From positions 42,157 through 106,156 of the forward strand of contig CAVWCX010000027.1 of assembly GCA_963753595.1 (NCBI GenBank): a stretch of 64,000 bases of DNA. The letters run 5' to 3'. Position numbers and translations under genes: made by a program. Source of the DNA: Candidatus Methanoperedenaceae archaeon (lineage in GTDB: Archaea > Halobacteriota > Methanosarcinia > Methanosarcinales > Methanoperedenaceae). Under the pieces are notes generated by a model that searched no databases, was not told the DNA's origin, and saw nothing but the letters and a program-made list of their open reading frames with translations. Numbering within the stretch: position 1 is the stretch's first letter; every line of letters begins with the position of its first letter. Below, piece after piece: positions 32,510 through 42,542 of this stretch.

Positions 32510-33306
32510 TCCGATAACCTCAGAAGCATTCCGGAACGTCTTGCATTAATAATAGCCCTGTCAAGACAGATCATGCCAATAACGAAATAAAAAAATCCCA
32601 GAGCAAAACCAAACATTACATTTGCCTCCCCATACCCATAAAAAGACCTCATATATTCAAGAAAATAAGTAAGGGGGATCGCATTCGCTATTACCTGTAA
32701 AACCCGGGGAAGCATAGAAACAGGATAATAGATCCCGCAAATGAACATCATTATCCCGGTCAATGTCCAGGCTACTACCTCAGCACGTTGTCCGAACCTG
32801 AGAATTGAAATGCAGACAAGTATCCCGATAGATGCTGAGGTCAGGAAAAGTCCGCCCAAAAATACCATGGTCGGCCAGATTCCTGCAACAAGAAAATCAA
32901 AGCTGAAAAAATAGAATGACAGTACCATAAGGATAACAAATACAAGCGTGCTTCGAAGTATCCCAAAAAGAAGCGAGCCGATTATGAGGTGAAAGCCCCT
33001 GACCGGGGCCATGAACGTGTGTTTCACGCTTTTGCTCCACATATCAAAAAGCATCACATAAGCGATATCAATCTGGCATACCTGGATTATAGACAGGGCG
33101 ATCGCACCTATCAATAGAAAAGAAATCGTAGCCTCTGCCATTGAAAAGAATGTTGCCATAAGACCAATTGACATAAGGCCGATAAACGGCCAGAATATCA
33201 CCTCAAAAATGGTGAAGAAATTTCGTTTTGCTATTATCCAGCTTTTATAAAAAGAAGCAAAAATCTTTCCGGCTTCGATACCCGGATCAATCATTTCTCT
33301 CTCCAT
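32506..33306 (-). CDS. ABC-2 type transporter permease
   Basis: Six TM segments, GIYYPVS.LP, PLTYFLE. Confidence 0.88.
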   Translation of the reverse strand: MEREMIDPGIEAGKIFASFYKSWIIAKRNFFTIFEVIFWPFIGLMSIGLMATFFSMAEATISFLLIGAIALSIIQVCQIDIAYVMLFDMWSKSVKHTFMAPVRGFHLIIGSLLFGILRSTLVFVILMVLSFYFFSFDFLVAGIWPTMVFLGGLFLTSASIGILVCISILRFGQRAEVVAWTLTGIMMFICGIYYPVSMLPRVLQVIANAIPLTYFLEYMRSFYGYGEANVMFGFALGFFYFVIGMICLDRAIINARRSGMLLRLSE

Positions 33307-34810
33307 CTTTATATCTTAATCTTGGCAGGACTATATAAAAAGTACTTCCATTGCCATCACTTTGGGCCCATATTTTTCCATAGTGTTTATCTATTATGCT
33401 TTTGCAAATGGAAAGACCGATTCCCACACCGCCATATTTCCTTATGGCTGACCCGTCCACCTGGTAGAATTTGTCAAATATACTGTTTAATTTATCAGCC
33501 GGAATACCGATACCAGTATCTGAAATACTGATCTTGACTTGTTCTTTACACACTTTTGCTTTAATTGTGATTTTTCCATTATTCGGTGTAAATTTGATTG
33601 CGTTTATAAGTAAATTGGTTATGACCTGTACCAGTCTTTCTTCATCCCCCCAGATTTCCGGAAGTTGTTGAATATTTTTTATGATAGTAATTTGTTTATC
33701 ATTAGCCTGGGGATGGATATCCTGGGTGGTTTTTGAAAGAATATTGTTTAAGGAAACAAGCCCATATTGCAATCCGAGCTTATTATTTTCCATGTTTGAA
33801 GTATCAAGTAATTCTTTTATGAGCTTGATCAACCGGTCAGAATTCCTGAGTATTATTTCAAGGCTCTTTTTTTGCTCTTTATTGATCTTACCCATTGTTC
33901 CATCATCAAGCAATTCCACAAAACCCCTGATGGAGGTTAGAGGGGTCAGTAATTCATGAGTAATATTTGAAATGAATTCAGTCTTGACATTGTCTTCTTC
34001 TAACAATTTTTCATAGGATCTTTCCAGTTTATAATGATATTCCTTGAGTTTTTGTTCCATCTTTATCTTTTCAGTAATATCCCTGGCTATTCCATGAATT
34101 CCCGTAACCCTGTCTCCTTCTTTTATTGGCCGCGTTCGTATCTCGGCCCATTTGTGCGTCCCGTTATTACAGATCAACTCATAAACTACTGGTTCCTGGA
34201 TCGGTTCATTTGATGTATGTTTTTTAATCCTTTGCTTTGCAGATTCAAGACTTTCAGGGGTGAGCCACCTGGATATATGAACGCCTATTATCTCTTCTTT
34301 ACTGGCTTCAAGCATTCTGCACCCCGCATTATTGATCTCCCGGAATAAACCATGAGCGTCAATCATGTACATGGGGTCATCAGCATTCTCGAAAAGATCA
34401 CGGTATCTTGCTTCTGATTCTTGCAGGCTGATCTCATATTTCTTTTTTTCCGATATATCCCTGGTGACAATGACGTATTTCCTTTTCCCGTCTATAATTG
34501 TTTGAGAATGGGATACAAACAAATTTCTTATTTCCCCGCTTTTCGTTATTATTCTGGTCTCATAAGGCTTTTCAATTCCTGTTTGAATTTCCTGCCATCG
34601 CAGAAGCATGAAATCTTTAAGATCTTCCGGAATTACTTTCATAAAAGATTGACCGATCAATTCTTCGCGCGGCCATCCTGAAAGATTAAAAAAAGAATCG
34701 TTACCGAACTCGAACCTGCCACTGTCATCGACAACAAATATCCCGGCCACCGATGACTCTATCACCGTTTTGTGATAGTTTTCAGGATTTGATAAACTCT
34801 TCATACCCAT
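33287..34810 (-). CDS. Cytoplasmic PAS-PAS sensor histidine kinase
   Basis: Two PAS/PAC domains, H-box HELLTPLTSI, NAIKFT, DTGIG, GVGIGL. Confidence 0.95.
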   Translation of the reverse strand: MGMKSLSNPENYHKTVIESSVAGIFVVDDSGRFEFGNDSFFNLSGWPREELIGQSFMKVIPEDLKDFMLLRWQEIQTGIEKPYETRIITKSGEIRNLFVSHSQTIIDGKRKYVIVTRDISEKKKYEISLQESEARYRDLFENADDPMYMIDAHGLFREINNAGCRMLEASKEEIIGVHISRWLTPESLESAKQRIKKHTSNEPIQEPVVYELICNNGTHKWAEIRTRPIKEGDRVTGIHGIARDITEKIKMEQKLKEYHYKLERSYEKLLEEDNVKTEFISNITHELLTPLTSIRGFVELLDDGTMGKINKEQKKSLEIILRNSDRLIKLIKELLDTSNMENNKLGLQYGLVSLNNILSKTTQDIHPQANDKQITIIKNIQQLPEIWGDEERLVQVITNLLINAIKFTPNNGKITIKAKVCKEQVKISISDTGIGIPADKLNSIFDKFYQVDGSAIRKYGGVGIGLSICKSIIDKHYGKIWAQSDGNGSTFYIVLPRLRYKDGERND

Positions 34811-34864
34811 TTATCGGTGGATATTGTTTCTTTATATACTTCAATATATCCTATTTATTTTAAA

Positions 34865-35497
34865 TTATATTTCATCGGATTTTACCTTATTCAAAATTAA
34901 AGCTAATTTTATCAACCTGTTCATTGTTTTACGCATGCTCTTTAATCCTTCCTCGTCTTCTTTTGCTCCCTGGCCCCCTTTGTCCTTTGACCAGAACGTT
35001 CCGCCCAGGTTCGCCCCGAATGACCCGCCGCCGACTGGAATTGCCTCATTGATAATATAAAAGTCAAGTATCGCCCGGATCGATGGTTCCTGCCCGCCAA
35101 TGCGGTCTCCCCCGACAGCAAAAGCTGCTCCGGGTTTATTTAGGATAAAATGTGGGTCCTGTGCGGCAGGCGCTCTGCACCTGTCCATTATTACTTTTGT
35201 CTGTCCGCTGACCATTCCCTGATATACCGGTGTCCCTATTATGATAGCATCAGCCCATTTGAGTTTTTCATAAACTTCCTGCAGATCATCTTTATGGACG
35301 CAGCCTTTTTTCTCACGTATGCAGTAATCGCAATGGATACAGAAGTTCATTTTTTTACCCATGGCAGAAAAATATGCTGTCTCTACGTCATATTTTTCTT
35401 TAGCATATTTCAGGGCTTCCTGCACAATGTAATCAGTCGCGCCTTTTTTCGGGCTTCCACAAATACCAAAGAGTTTTATCCTGTGTTCTGTGTTCAC
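34865..35497 (-). CDS. Iron-sulfur flavoprotein (flavodoxin family)
   Basis: GSP, CIHCDYC-x5-C, GTPVY, GGQE. Confidence 0.9.
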   Translation of the reverse strand: MNTEHRIKLFGICGSPKKGATDYIVQEALKYAKEKYDVETAYFSAMGKKMNFCIHCDYCIREKKGCVHKDDLQEVYEKLKWADAIIIGTPVYQGMVSGQTKVIMDRCRAPAAQDPHFILNKPGAAFAVGGDRIGGQEPSIRAILDFYIINEAIPVGGGSFGANLGGTFWSKDKGGQGAKEDEEGLKSMRKTMNRLIKLALILNKVKSDEI

Positions 35498-35567
35498 ATA
35501 TTATGAATTGGCAGGTTTACTCAAATAGCTGACGGGGCGTTAGACTTAAGTATTACCATTCACAGAA

Positions 35568-36044
35568 ATGGTATTGGAGGTAGTTAGTATGGTAGAATCA
35601 TGGGATGATTTTAGAAAATTTGAAGAAACTATGAACAGGATGTTTGAGAACTTTTGGGGAAGACCAACATCAAGGCGTCTATTGCCCTCGGGAGAGCGTG
35701 GTGCTATTGTTCCTGCCGAAAATCGTGAACCTTTCATAGATCTGATGGAAAACGATAAAGAAATAACCGCAACAGCAGAGATGCCAGGTCTTGAAAAGCA
35801 GGATATCAAAATCAATGTCACAGAGGATAGACTTGAGATATCGGCCGAGACAAAACAAGAAGAAAAGAAGGAAGAAAAAGGTTATATTTACCGGGAAAGA
35901 CGAAGCGGCAGCTATTATCGGGCAATTTCCCTGCCGTCGCCGGTAAATCCAGATAACTCAAAAGCAAGCTATAAGGATGGGATTCTTGAGATCAAAATGC
36001 CCAAGACAGAGATCAAGAAGAAAACACCCCTTCAGATCGAATAG
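35568..36044 (+). CDS. Hsp20/alpha-crystallin small heat-shock protein
   Basis: AEMPG, RER..G.Y.R.I.LP, ASYKDGILEI. Confidence 0.95.
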   Translation: MVLEVVSMVESWDDFRKFEETMNRMFENFWGRPTSRRLLPSGERGAIVPAENREPFIDLMENDKEITATAEMPGLEKQDIKINVTEDRLEISAETKQEEKKEEKGYIYRERRSGSYYRAISLPSPVNPDNSKASYKDGILEIKMPKTEIKKKTPLQIE

Positions 36045-36054
36045 ATCAGTGAAG

Positions 36055-36085
36055 TGATGGCTATAAGCCATCAATACTGTTTTTT
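36055..36085. terminator. Hairpin between convergent genes
   Basis: TGATGGCT-ATA-AGCCATCA followed by a T-run. Confidence 0.55.
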
Positions 36086-36094
36086 GAAAAAAAT

Positions 36095-36856
36095 TTAACC
36101 TATATACCTCAAATCTTCATCAGTTGAGGCGGGCATCTGTCCCTGCTCCATTTCCCGGAGTTTTGCAACGATCTTTTCCATCTCTGCCGCACGCTCTTCC
36201 AGGGGTGCCATATCAACTTTTATATCAAGTATCTTGCAAAGAACTTTGAGTACGGCCTGGGCGCTTTTAGGATCAACAAGATATCCTGATGTTACACCCA
36301 TGAGGCAGGCCGCATCAATACCACGCAATTCCCCGAGACCCAGAAGCAATCCTGACGCTCCCACAATACCGCCTCCGGGTTCATTGGGCTTGAATTCAAC
36401 ACCGTATCCTTTCAATTCCTTAACAAGTTTAATATTGTTAGCTGCCCCAAGAACTGTTTCAGTCTCAACGAGCTGGCCAACACCATACCCTCCAAGGGCA
36501 TAAATTCGTTTTACCTTGAATTCTTCTGCTATATCAAGGAATACACCCGTCAATTCATAATGTCCTTCGTTCGTAGCGCTCTGGTGATCCCCAATCAGTA
36601 TTAAAATATCATTCTTGCCTTTTGATTTATAAGCATATAACTCATTTTTTACAAGCCTGACCGTACCGTCTTCTTCAACAATGACCTGGGGGGGCAAATG
36701 CGGAGAGTAAATTTCCATTATTTTTTTTGCGCCCAGTTCCTCGATCATATGTTCTGCTACAAGTTTCCCCACATGCCCGACACCGGGAAGCCCCTCGATG
36801 AGTATAGGGTCTTTAAGCCGGGGTTTTTTTGTCCGTAAGATTGTTGTTTTTATCAT
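36095..36856 (-). CDS. Proteasome assembly chaperone (PAC2 family)
   Basis: IEGLPGVGHVGK, LMGVTSGY..DP; conserved position after nop10. Confidence 0.92.
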   Translation of the reverse strand: MIKTTILRTKKPRLKDPILIEGLPGVGHVGKLVAEHMIEELGAKKIMEIYSPHLPPQVIVEEDGTVRLVKNELYAYKSKGKNDILILIGDHQSATNEGHYELTGVFLDIAEEFKVKRIYALGGYGVGQLVETETVLGAANNIKLVKELKGYGVEFKPNEPGGGIVGASGLLLGLGELRGIDAACLMGVTSGYLVDPKSAQAVLKVLCKILDIKVDMAPLEERAAEMEKIVAKLREMEQGQMPASTDEDLRYIG

Positions 36857-37011
36857 GATCCTGTTTTTTTGGTTATCCGTCTGTATTTCCCGTATCTGTC
36901 TTCAAGAGAAAATCGAGCAGGACGAGAGTAATTTGCAGGAGAGCCGCAAAGGGGACAAACTTCCTTTAGCGTGTATCTCCCACATTTGCATTTTCTGATC
37001 TTTGATACCAT
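36853..37011 (-). CDS. nop10: H/ACA RNP protein Nop10 (below the ORF-track cutoff)
   Basis: Manual translation MVSKIRKCKCGRYTLKEVCPLCG..PARFSLEDRYGKYRR. Confidence 0.93.
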   Translation of the reverse strand: MVSKIRKCKCGRYTLKEVCPLCGSPANYSRPARFSLEDRYGKYRRITKKTGS

Positions 37012-37028
37012 AGGTGCAGTTTTTGATA

Positions 37029-37832
37029 CTAGGATCCGGCTTTTTGTTCACTATGCCTGAAGAACTCACCACTTCCATCTGCTTTTTCAATTATCTTGAT
37101 TGCTGATTGTGCAGCTTTCTTAAGCACGGCTTCAGCTTTCTTATAATCAGGCGCTATGACGTGTATCCTGTACCTGGGTGCGCCCACATAACTAATATCT
37201 ACCTTGATATCATCACCCACAACTTCGTTTGCGGCGGCAAGAGCTTTGCGTATATGATTTATCCCATCAGGGAGATAGCTTCTCAGGTCTATATAACCTG
37301 ATATATCAACCTGCGGTTTTTTCAGGTTTTCATTTGCAACTTTTGTGATCGCATCAGCAATTTCTTTTCCCACACCAATTTTTGTCAGGAATGATGCACC
37401 TTCGGTTCTTGAATTTTCAAATGCTGCATAAACACTGCCAAATTTAGCATAGAAAAGGTCAGTCAATTTGGGAAGTTCTTCCGTGCTTATTTTAGTTGTC
37501 TTGGCAACATACTCGATCCATTTCTCTGCTTTTTGTTCATTCTTCCATTGCTGGATCTTTTCACGGCGCTGGTGTTCATTTACATCTTTGAGAGAAAGGT
37601 CGATATGATGCTTTGCCGTATCAACATACATTACTTTGCATACTATCTTCTGGCCTTCCCTCACATGGTCCCTTATGTATTTGACCCAGCCGGAAGCCAC
37701 ATCCGATATATGGATCAAACCTTCTTTATGTCCGTATTCATCAAGTTCTACGAAAGCCCCGAAATCGGTAACTCTCTTAACACTGCATACAACATTGTCA
37801 CCTTCATCGGGCCATCCGCTTCTTTCCATCAC
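37029..37832 (-). CDS. eif2a: Translation initiation factor 2 subunit alpha
   Basis: S1 domain [20 protein letters not shown]; YVGAPRYRI. Confidence 0.96.
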   Translation of the reverse strand: MMERSGWPDEGDNVVCSVKRVTDFGAFVELDEYGHKEGLIHISDVASGWVKYIRDHVREGQKIVCKVMYVDTAKHHIDLSLKDVNEHQRREKIQQWKNEQKAEKWIEYVAKTTKISTEELPKLTDLFYAKFGSVYAAFENSRTEGASFLTKIGVGKEIADAITKVANENLKKPQVDISGYIDLRSYLPDGINHIRKALAAANEVVGDDIKVDISYVGAPRYRIHVIAPDYKKAEAVLKKAAQSAIKIIEKADGSGEFFRHSEQKAGS

Positions 37833-38002
37833 TCAAGAACCTCTATGATCTGTGTTTTTACGAACGCTTTCCCGCCTGTCGGCTCAGAAAGTGTCCTGTT
37901 GCAAACAAGACAGGTCACAGGTGTGCTTGCGCATCCGAAAATTACCTGCTCATTCTCACAGTCGTTACATTTTACTTTTAAAAATCTGCTCTTTGGTTCC
38001 AT
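37829..38002 (-). CDS. rps27e: 30S ribosomal protein S27e
   Basis: [22 protein letters not shown]. Confidence 0.96.
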   Translation of the reverse strand: MEPKSRFLKVKCNDCENEQVIFGCASTPVTCLVCNRTLSEPTGGKAFVKTQIIEVLE

Positions 38003-38004
38003 AA

Positions 38005-38289
38005 TTAAGACTCCACGATCTCGAATTTCCCTGACCTGAAACATTTGGGTTTCTGATGTGCTTTCTTACAGGTTTTGCATCTGTATCTCAGGTTAATGCG
38101 CTTTGTGGGCTTGTCCCCTCCGGGCACTTTTGAGAATTTGCCTGAATTTCCGATCCCTGTATGCCTGGCCTTTTGCCGGACTATTCTTGTCAATGTCGAT
38201 GCTTGCCCCTTTTTTACTCTTTCCACTACATGCGGTGTATGGGTCTTGCATGACGGACAATATGTATTGAAATTTTTGGGTATTTTCAT
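38005..38289 (-). CDS. rpl44e: 50S ribosomal protein L44e
   Basis: [27 protein letters not shown]. Confidence 0.96.
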   Translation of the reverse strand: MKIPKNFNTYCPSCKTHTPHVVERVKKGQASTLTRIVRQKARHTGIGNSGKFSKVPGGDKPTKRINLRYRCKTCKKAHQKPKCFRSGKFEIVES

Positions 38290-38294
38290 GAGAA

Positions 38295-39086
38295 TCACCT
38301 TTTAACCATGATCTGAATGGCTGCCTTGCGATTGATCAATGCTTTAGCATTCACCGTCGATAACACAGCAACATCTTCTTTTGCCAAGGAATAATTGCGT
38401 CCATCGACTCCTACAAATGTTGGAATGTCTTTTAGCAGACGCACCACAATGTATTCTTTACTTATATCCTTTTTGTCTGGACGTTCTTTACTTATGTCAT
38501 TTTTTTCCAGAGGTTGTTTACTTTTATCGTTTTTCTCCTGAGGTTGTTTACGTTCATCTTTTTTCTCCGGAAGTTCTTTATTTATATCGTTTATCTCGCC
38601 GGGAAGTAATTCGGGTAAGATATCTTCCTCAGGCAAAACTACAGGCTGTTGATGGACAATCTTCTCTCTTTTGAATATCCTGTTGACTATTTCACTTCTC
38701 CATTCCGTCATCACTTCAAGAAGCCTGTTATAGAAAATCCTTTCTTCATGGGTCATTGAATCAAGGTTCTGTTTTTCCCTTTGTCTTGAAGACTCATGAA
38801 GGGACATTTCCGCATTATACCTTGCTTCATTGATTATTTTGGTAGTCCGCTTGTAGATTATGCTCTCGATAGCGTTTTTGACCGTTTTCTGTTCATCCTC
38901 GATAATTTCATGCTTTGTACTGTACGGATCATTGATCTTGCGTTTCTCATCTTCGAGATCCTGGATCTGTCCCGCGATATTCCCGTAAAAATCCTGCTCA
39001 AGGGGAACAAGTTTCTTTCGTTCCTCTCTTTCAACTTTCAGTATGTTCTCAAGGTTTACACGGGATTTTTCAGTTTTTTCAGGCAT
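38295..39086 (-). CDS. GINS subunit (Gins51-like) with a repetitive linker
   Basis: Lies between priS and rpl44e; C-terminal B domain [23 protein letters not shown]. Confidence 0.85.
   Translation of the reverse strand: MPEKTEKSRVNLENILKVEREERKKLVPLEQDFYGNIAGQIQDLEDEKRKINDPYSTKHEIIEDEQKTVKNAIESIIYKRTTKIINEARYNAEMSLHESSRQREKQNLDSMTHEERIFYNRLLEVMTEWRSEIVNRIFKREKIVHQQPVVLPEEDILPELLPGEINDINKELPEKKDERKQPQEKNDKSKQPLEKNDISKERPDKKDISKEYIVVRLLKDIPTFVGVDGRNYSLAKEDVAVLSTVNAKALINRKAAIQIMVKR
38454..38600 (-). repeat. About five imperfect 30-bp in-frame tandem repeats
   Basis: Encodes [40 protein letters not shown]. Confidence 0.85.
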
Positions 39087-40479
39087 ATTCAGCAGCTCCA
39101 CGGCACATTAGATATATTGCCGCATATTCTGGCAGGGTGTTCTTACCTTCTGTCACTGTAAAGCTTTTTCCTTTCATCTCGACTTTTGAATTCTGTGGCC
39201 GAAGAGGCGGGATAACCTCAATGTCTATCATTTTTTCACTGAATACCACGGCATCATTAAGAGGCTCAAAATTCTTGAATTCAGGCAGGGACAATGGCAC
39301 GACCCGCATCCCTGAGCCGCCGTGAAGAGAGGAAGGCAGCCTTATGAGGCGCCGGATATCGGCTGTAACGGGTTCGTCTGTGTGCGCGCTTCCAAGACTG
39401 ATACTATTTTCTTCGATCGCCTTCTGGACAATTGCATCAAAAATAAAAGAATCATCTATTATCCCCTGATTTTCAATCCGGTCCAGTGTTTCGGAGCTAT
39501 TTGATATATTTCTTATATTCTTGAATATTATTGTTGCCTCTCGTTTATAATCCAATAGATCGTTCTTCATTAAGAAGTTTTTGACCTTATTTTTATAGAT
39601 CCCGAGTTCCTGTGCTATTTTTTCGATCCCGATTCTGGGATTTTCTTTCTTCATATCAATTATCTGATCGGCAATATCTTCCGGGATCGTATCATAATTC
39701 GGTTTATTCAAATAATAATTCCTCATCAGCTGTACAATTTGATCCTGGGCTTCGGTTTCATCTTTAATCGAAATATCCTTCAAGAATTGAACAAGGTATT
39801 TGCTGATCCGTTTTCCCCAGCCGAATCCACCGGATCCATCTTCAAAAGAAGTTATTTTTCTTGATGTATCCAATTCTTTTTTCTTAAATTTCCCATCATC
39901 ATATACCTTATGCTTTGCCGGCCGGAACAAAAAATCGACACTCAATCCGGTTCCGCTCACATAATCCACGATTTCCCTCCTCTGGGCGCTTTCAAGTGTC
40001 AGAACCTTCGGATCACGCACATGGATATGATAACCGCGCCCTCCTGAAAACACTATGCTGATGTAATTTTCGGAAAAGCCAAAATCCTCAAGGAGAAAGT
40101 CAAGAAGCTTTCCTGTTTCTGATTTTACATTTGAGAGCATTTCTGCATAAGACCTTGCTTTTCCTGGCAAATGGTCTGCATCAAGATCGAATATCAGGTC
40201 AGCTCCCTGCCATTTTTTCTCTTTCATTGTAGATGCGCCTGGGAATTCGTAATAGGCAGCCGAATGATACGCATGTGCGGGAACCATCCCGCGGATATAA
40301 TCAAATGCTTCATTTTCACGGGAAAAAGCCTTGTGACGGCGCATCACAACTTCGGGAAGTTCATCAAAGAATATAAAACCCCATTCGCGTCTTATAAAAT
40401 CATGAGGCAGGTCAAGCAGGGAGTTCATGTAATAATCTGCAAACCTTTTTCTCAAGAATTGCTTTGTCCTGAAATTCAC
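39079..40479 (-). CDS. priS: DNA primase catalytic subunit with an internal insertion
   Basis: REWGF, DLIFDLDAD, FSGGRGYHIH, DEPVTADIRRLIRLP.SLHG. Confidence 0.95.
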   Translation of the reverse strand: MNFRTKQFLRKRFADYYMNSLLDLPHDFIRREWGFIFFDELPEVVMRRHKAFSRENEAFDYIRGMVPAHAYHSAAYYEFPGASTMKEKKWQGADLIFDLDADHLPGKARSYAEMLSNVKSETGKLLDFLLEDFGFSENYISIVFSGGRGYHIHVRDPKVLTLESAQRREIVDYVSGTGLSVDFLFRPAKHKVYDDGKFKKKELDTSRKITSFEDGSGGFGWGKRISKYLVQFLKDISIKDETEAQDQIVQLMRNYYLNKPNYDTIPEDIADQIIDMKKENPRIGIEKIAQELGIYKNKVKNFLMKNDLLDYKREATIIFKNIRNISNSSETLDRIENQGIIDDSFIFDAIVQKAIEENSISLGSAHTDEPVTADIRRLIRLPSSLHGGSGMRVVPLSLPEFKNFEPLNDAVVFSEKMIDIEVIPPLRPQNSKVEMKGKSFTVTEGKNTLPEYAAIYLMCRGAAEYA

Positions 40480-40629
40480 GCCTTTTTATTGTCCTGCAAG
40501 CTTAAAACCATAATGTATCTGGCCGGGTTTATTTATAGTAGTATCACTTTATTAGCGCAGGACCTGGAGAAACATTTCAAACTTATTATTATTGATGTAG
40601 TTTTTCCAGATTGAGGCAAAAACCATATT

Positions 40630-40703
40630 GGGCTCGTAGTATAGTCCGGATAGTACTTGGGCCTCCGGAGCCTAGGACCTGGGTTCAAATCCCAGCGAGC
40701 CCG
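40630..40703 (+). tRNA. tRNA-Arg(CCG)
   Basis: GGGCTCG/CGAGCCC acceptor stem, anticodon loop CT-CCG-GA, GGTTCAAATCC. Confidence 0.95.
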
Positions 40704-41028
40704 TAACGGTCTAAATATCTGATTATGAGCATCACCATTATTATAGCATCATTTGGATAAATATAAATAGCATGATGGGTTATATTGTATTGAATAACGG
40801 TTGTGAGGAAGGGTTATATGATGAAAAATAATACAACGGGAGTTATCGTCGAATGGGATACGAGGAATGGCAACAGGTTTCGCAACAAAACAAGAAGCAG
40901 AGCGGTTTATTGAGCATATATGTAAAAAAACTGCACCACATCTGGATTATAGTATTTACAGTAGAGGCTTCTAAATCCACCCAATAAATAAACAATTTAT
41001 TTTTTTTTTACTTTTTTGCTAATGCTCA

Positions 41029-42318
41029 TTATTTCATAAGGGCGCTTGGCTCATCACCGCCGTGCCAGCTTTTCCTGGGACGGATGCGGACAACATGGGC
41101 GGACTCGGAATTGTCATCAACTATGAATGCCACTCCTTTTTCAGTCCCCATCTTTTTCAGGGAATCACCTATTCCCTCCCGCATATATGTCGGGCGGACA
41201 GCTTCAAGAGCGCTTATGTCATCCTGTGCCGTAAGGCGATGGCAGATTATAATATCACTTTGCGACATGACATCGGGATGAAGGGCTGCTGGTCTTTGTG
41301 TTGCAAAAATTATAGAAAGACCGGGTTGTCTTCCCTGCCTCAGCCATTCAGTCACAAGTACATCTGTTGCAGGCGTTTTAGTCTCACGGGGCAAAAATAA
41401 ATGCGCTTCATCAACGAACATCCAGACCATGGGAATGCCTTCTTCACCTGGACTTCCTCCCATTTTCCTTTGCTCATAAATTCGCCTTGATCTTATACTT
41501 TCATCATATATTTTAGAACCAAGGATCTTAACAGCAATGGCCTTGATATTCTGGTTGTCAATGGAGCTAAGGTCAAGAACCATCACCTTTCCCTTTCTGA
41601 TAATATCGGAAATAATGATCCCTTTTTCATGAAATATACCCCACGAAATGGCCGAGCGGAAATAGTTATTAGCTGCCTTTCGCAAAGTCCTGTCTTCTTC
41701 TTTATCTTTATTTACAAAATCTATGATCGTATTCAAAGAGATTCCCGATGCGTTTTCCCTGATCTCTTCAATTATTTTCAGAATGAAAACACCCATTGCG
41801 CTTATCGGGTCAAGGCCAAATAAAGAACACCAGTCATACCCTGAAAGTTCTGACGGTGAAATTGAAAATGGCTTTACATCGATATTCATTTTTTCATAAT
41901 GCCCAACGCTTCCTTCCGGGACAAACAATTCTATGTCGGTACCTGCAGGAGAAAAACCCCATTTTGATAAAATATCCTTTTCTTTACTGTTTGGGTGGCG
42001 CATTGTCCAGAAAATCCCCATCGTATCAATAACAAGAGCTGCAATATTCACATTCCCCGGCAGTGATGCAAGTTCTTCGATCAATATTCCCATTGTATAA
42101 GACTTTCCATATCCGCGTTTACCGCAAATAAGAATGGCATGTGGTCTTAATGCATCCATCTGGACTTTTGATCCCATGGACTTATCAAGAGCGAGGTATC
42201 TTCCCACATTCAGAGTGCCAGTGTCCGTTTCCGTATCCCTCCTTCCGATCACGTATTGCTTATGGGTTACACCTGACTTTCGAAGATCCTGCGGGATTAT
42301 TTTATCTTTTGAATTCAT
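41029..42318 (-). CDS. HerA/FtsK-like (DUF87) ATPase lacking an N-terminal HAS barrel
   Basis: GKRGYGKS Walker A, VDEAH Walker B, RQGRQPG, ATQRP. Confidence 0.9.
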   Translation of the reverse strand: MNSKDKIIPQDLRKSGVTHKQYVIGRRDTETDTGTLNVGRYLALDKSMGSKVQMDALRPHAILICGKRGYGKSYTMGILIEELASLPGNVNIAALVIDTMGIFWTMRHPNSKEKDILSKWGFSPAGTDIELFVPEGSVGHYEKMNIDVKPFSISPSELSGYDWCSLFGLDPISAMGVFILKIIEEIRENASGISLNTIIDFVNKDKEEDRTLRKAANNYFRSAISWGIFHEKGIIISDIIRKGKVMVLDLSSIDNQNIKAIAVKILGSKIYDESIRSRRIYEQRKMGGSPGEEGIPMVWMFVDEAHLFLPRETKTPATDVLVTEWLRQGRQPGLSIIFATQRPAALHPDVMSQSDIIICHRLTAQDDISALEAVRPTYMREGIGDSLKKMGTEKGVAFIVDDNSESAHVVRIRPRKSWHGGDEPSALMK

Positions 42319-42542
42319 TTATTAAGTCCATTCAAGAAGAAAAGTAAATTCTGCGGAAAGTATTTAATATTTATGTTATTATTTTATATAAGATATACTT
42401 GTTATAATCATTATAATTCCAATTTGCATTATAATAATCGTAATTATTATTATATATAGGATAAGATAAATTTAAATAATCATGGGATTTACAGCTATAT
42501 TATCCTCAACAGGGTGGAATTAAATATCATATTTAATTAAAA

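Noticed and set aside
39540-39720. Intein in PriS
   Set aside because: No Cys/Ser start block, His-Asn end or LAGLIDADG motifs, and the insert is too short
17357-40703. Integrated elements at the three tRNA genes
   Set aside because: No integrase and no duplicated tRNA 3' end seen in the window
40819-40974. Possible small frameshifted gene downstream of tRNA-Arg
   Set aside because: Two short peptides without a recognisable motif; insufficient support
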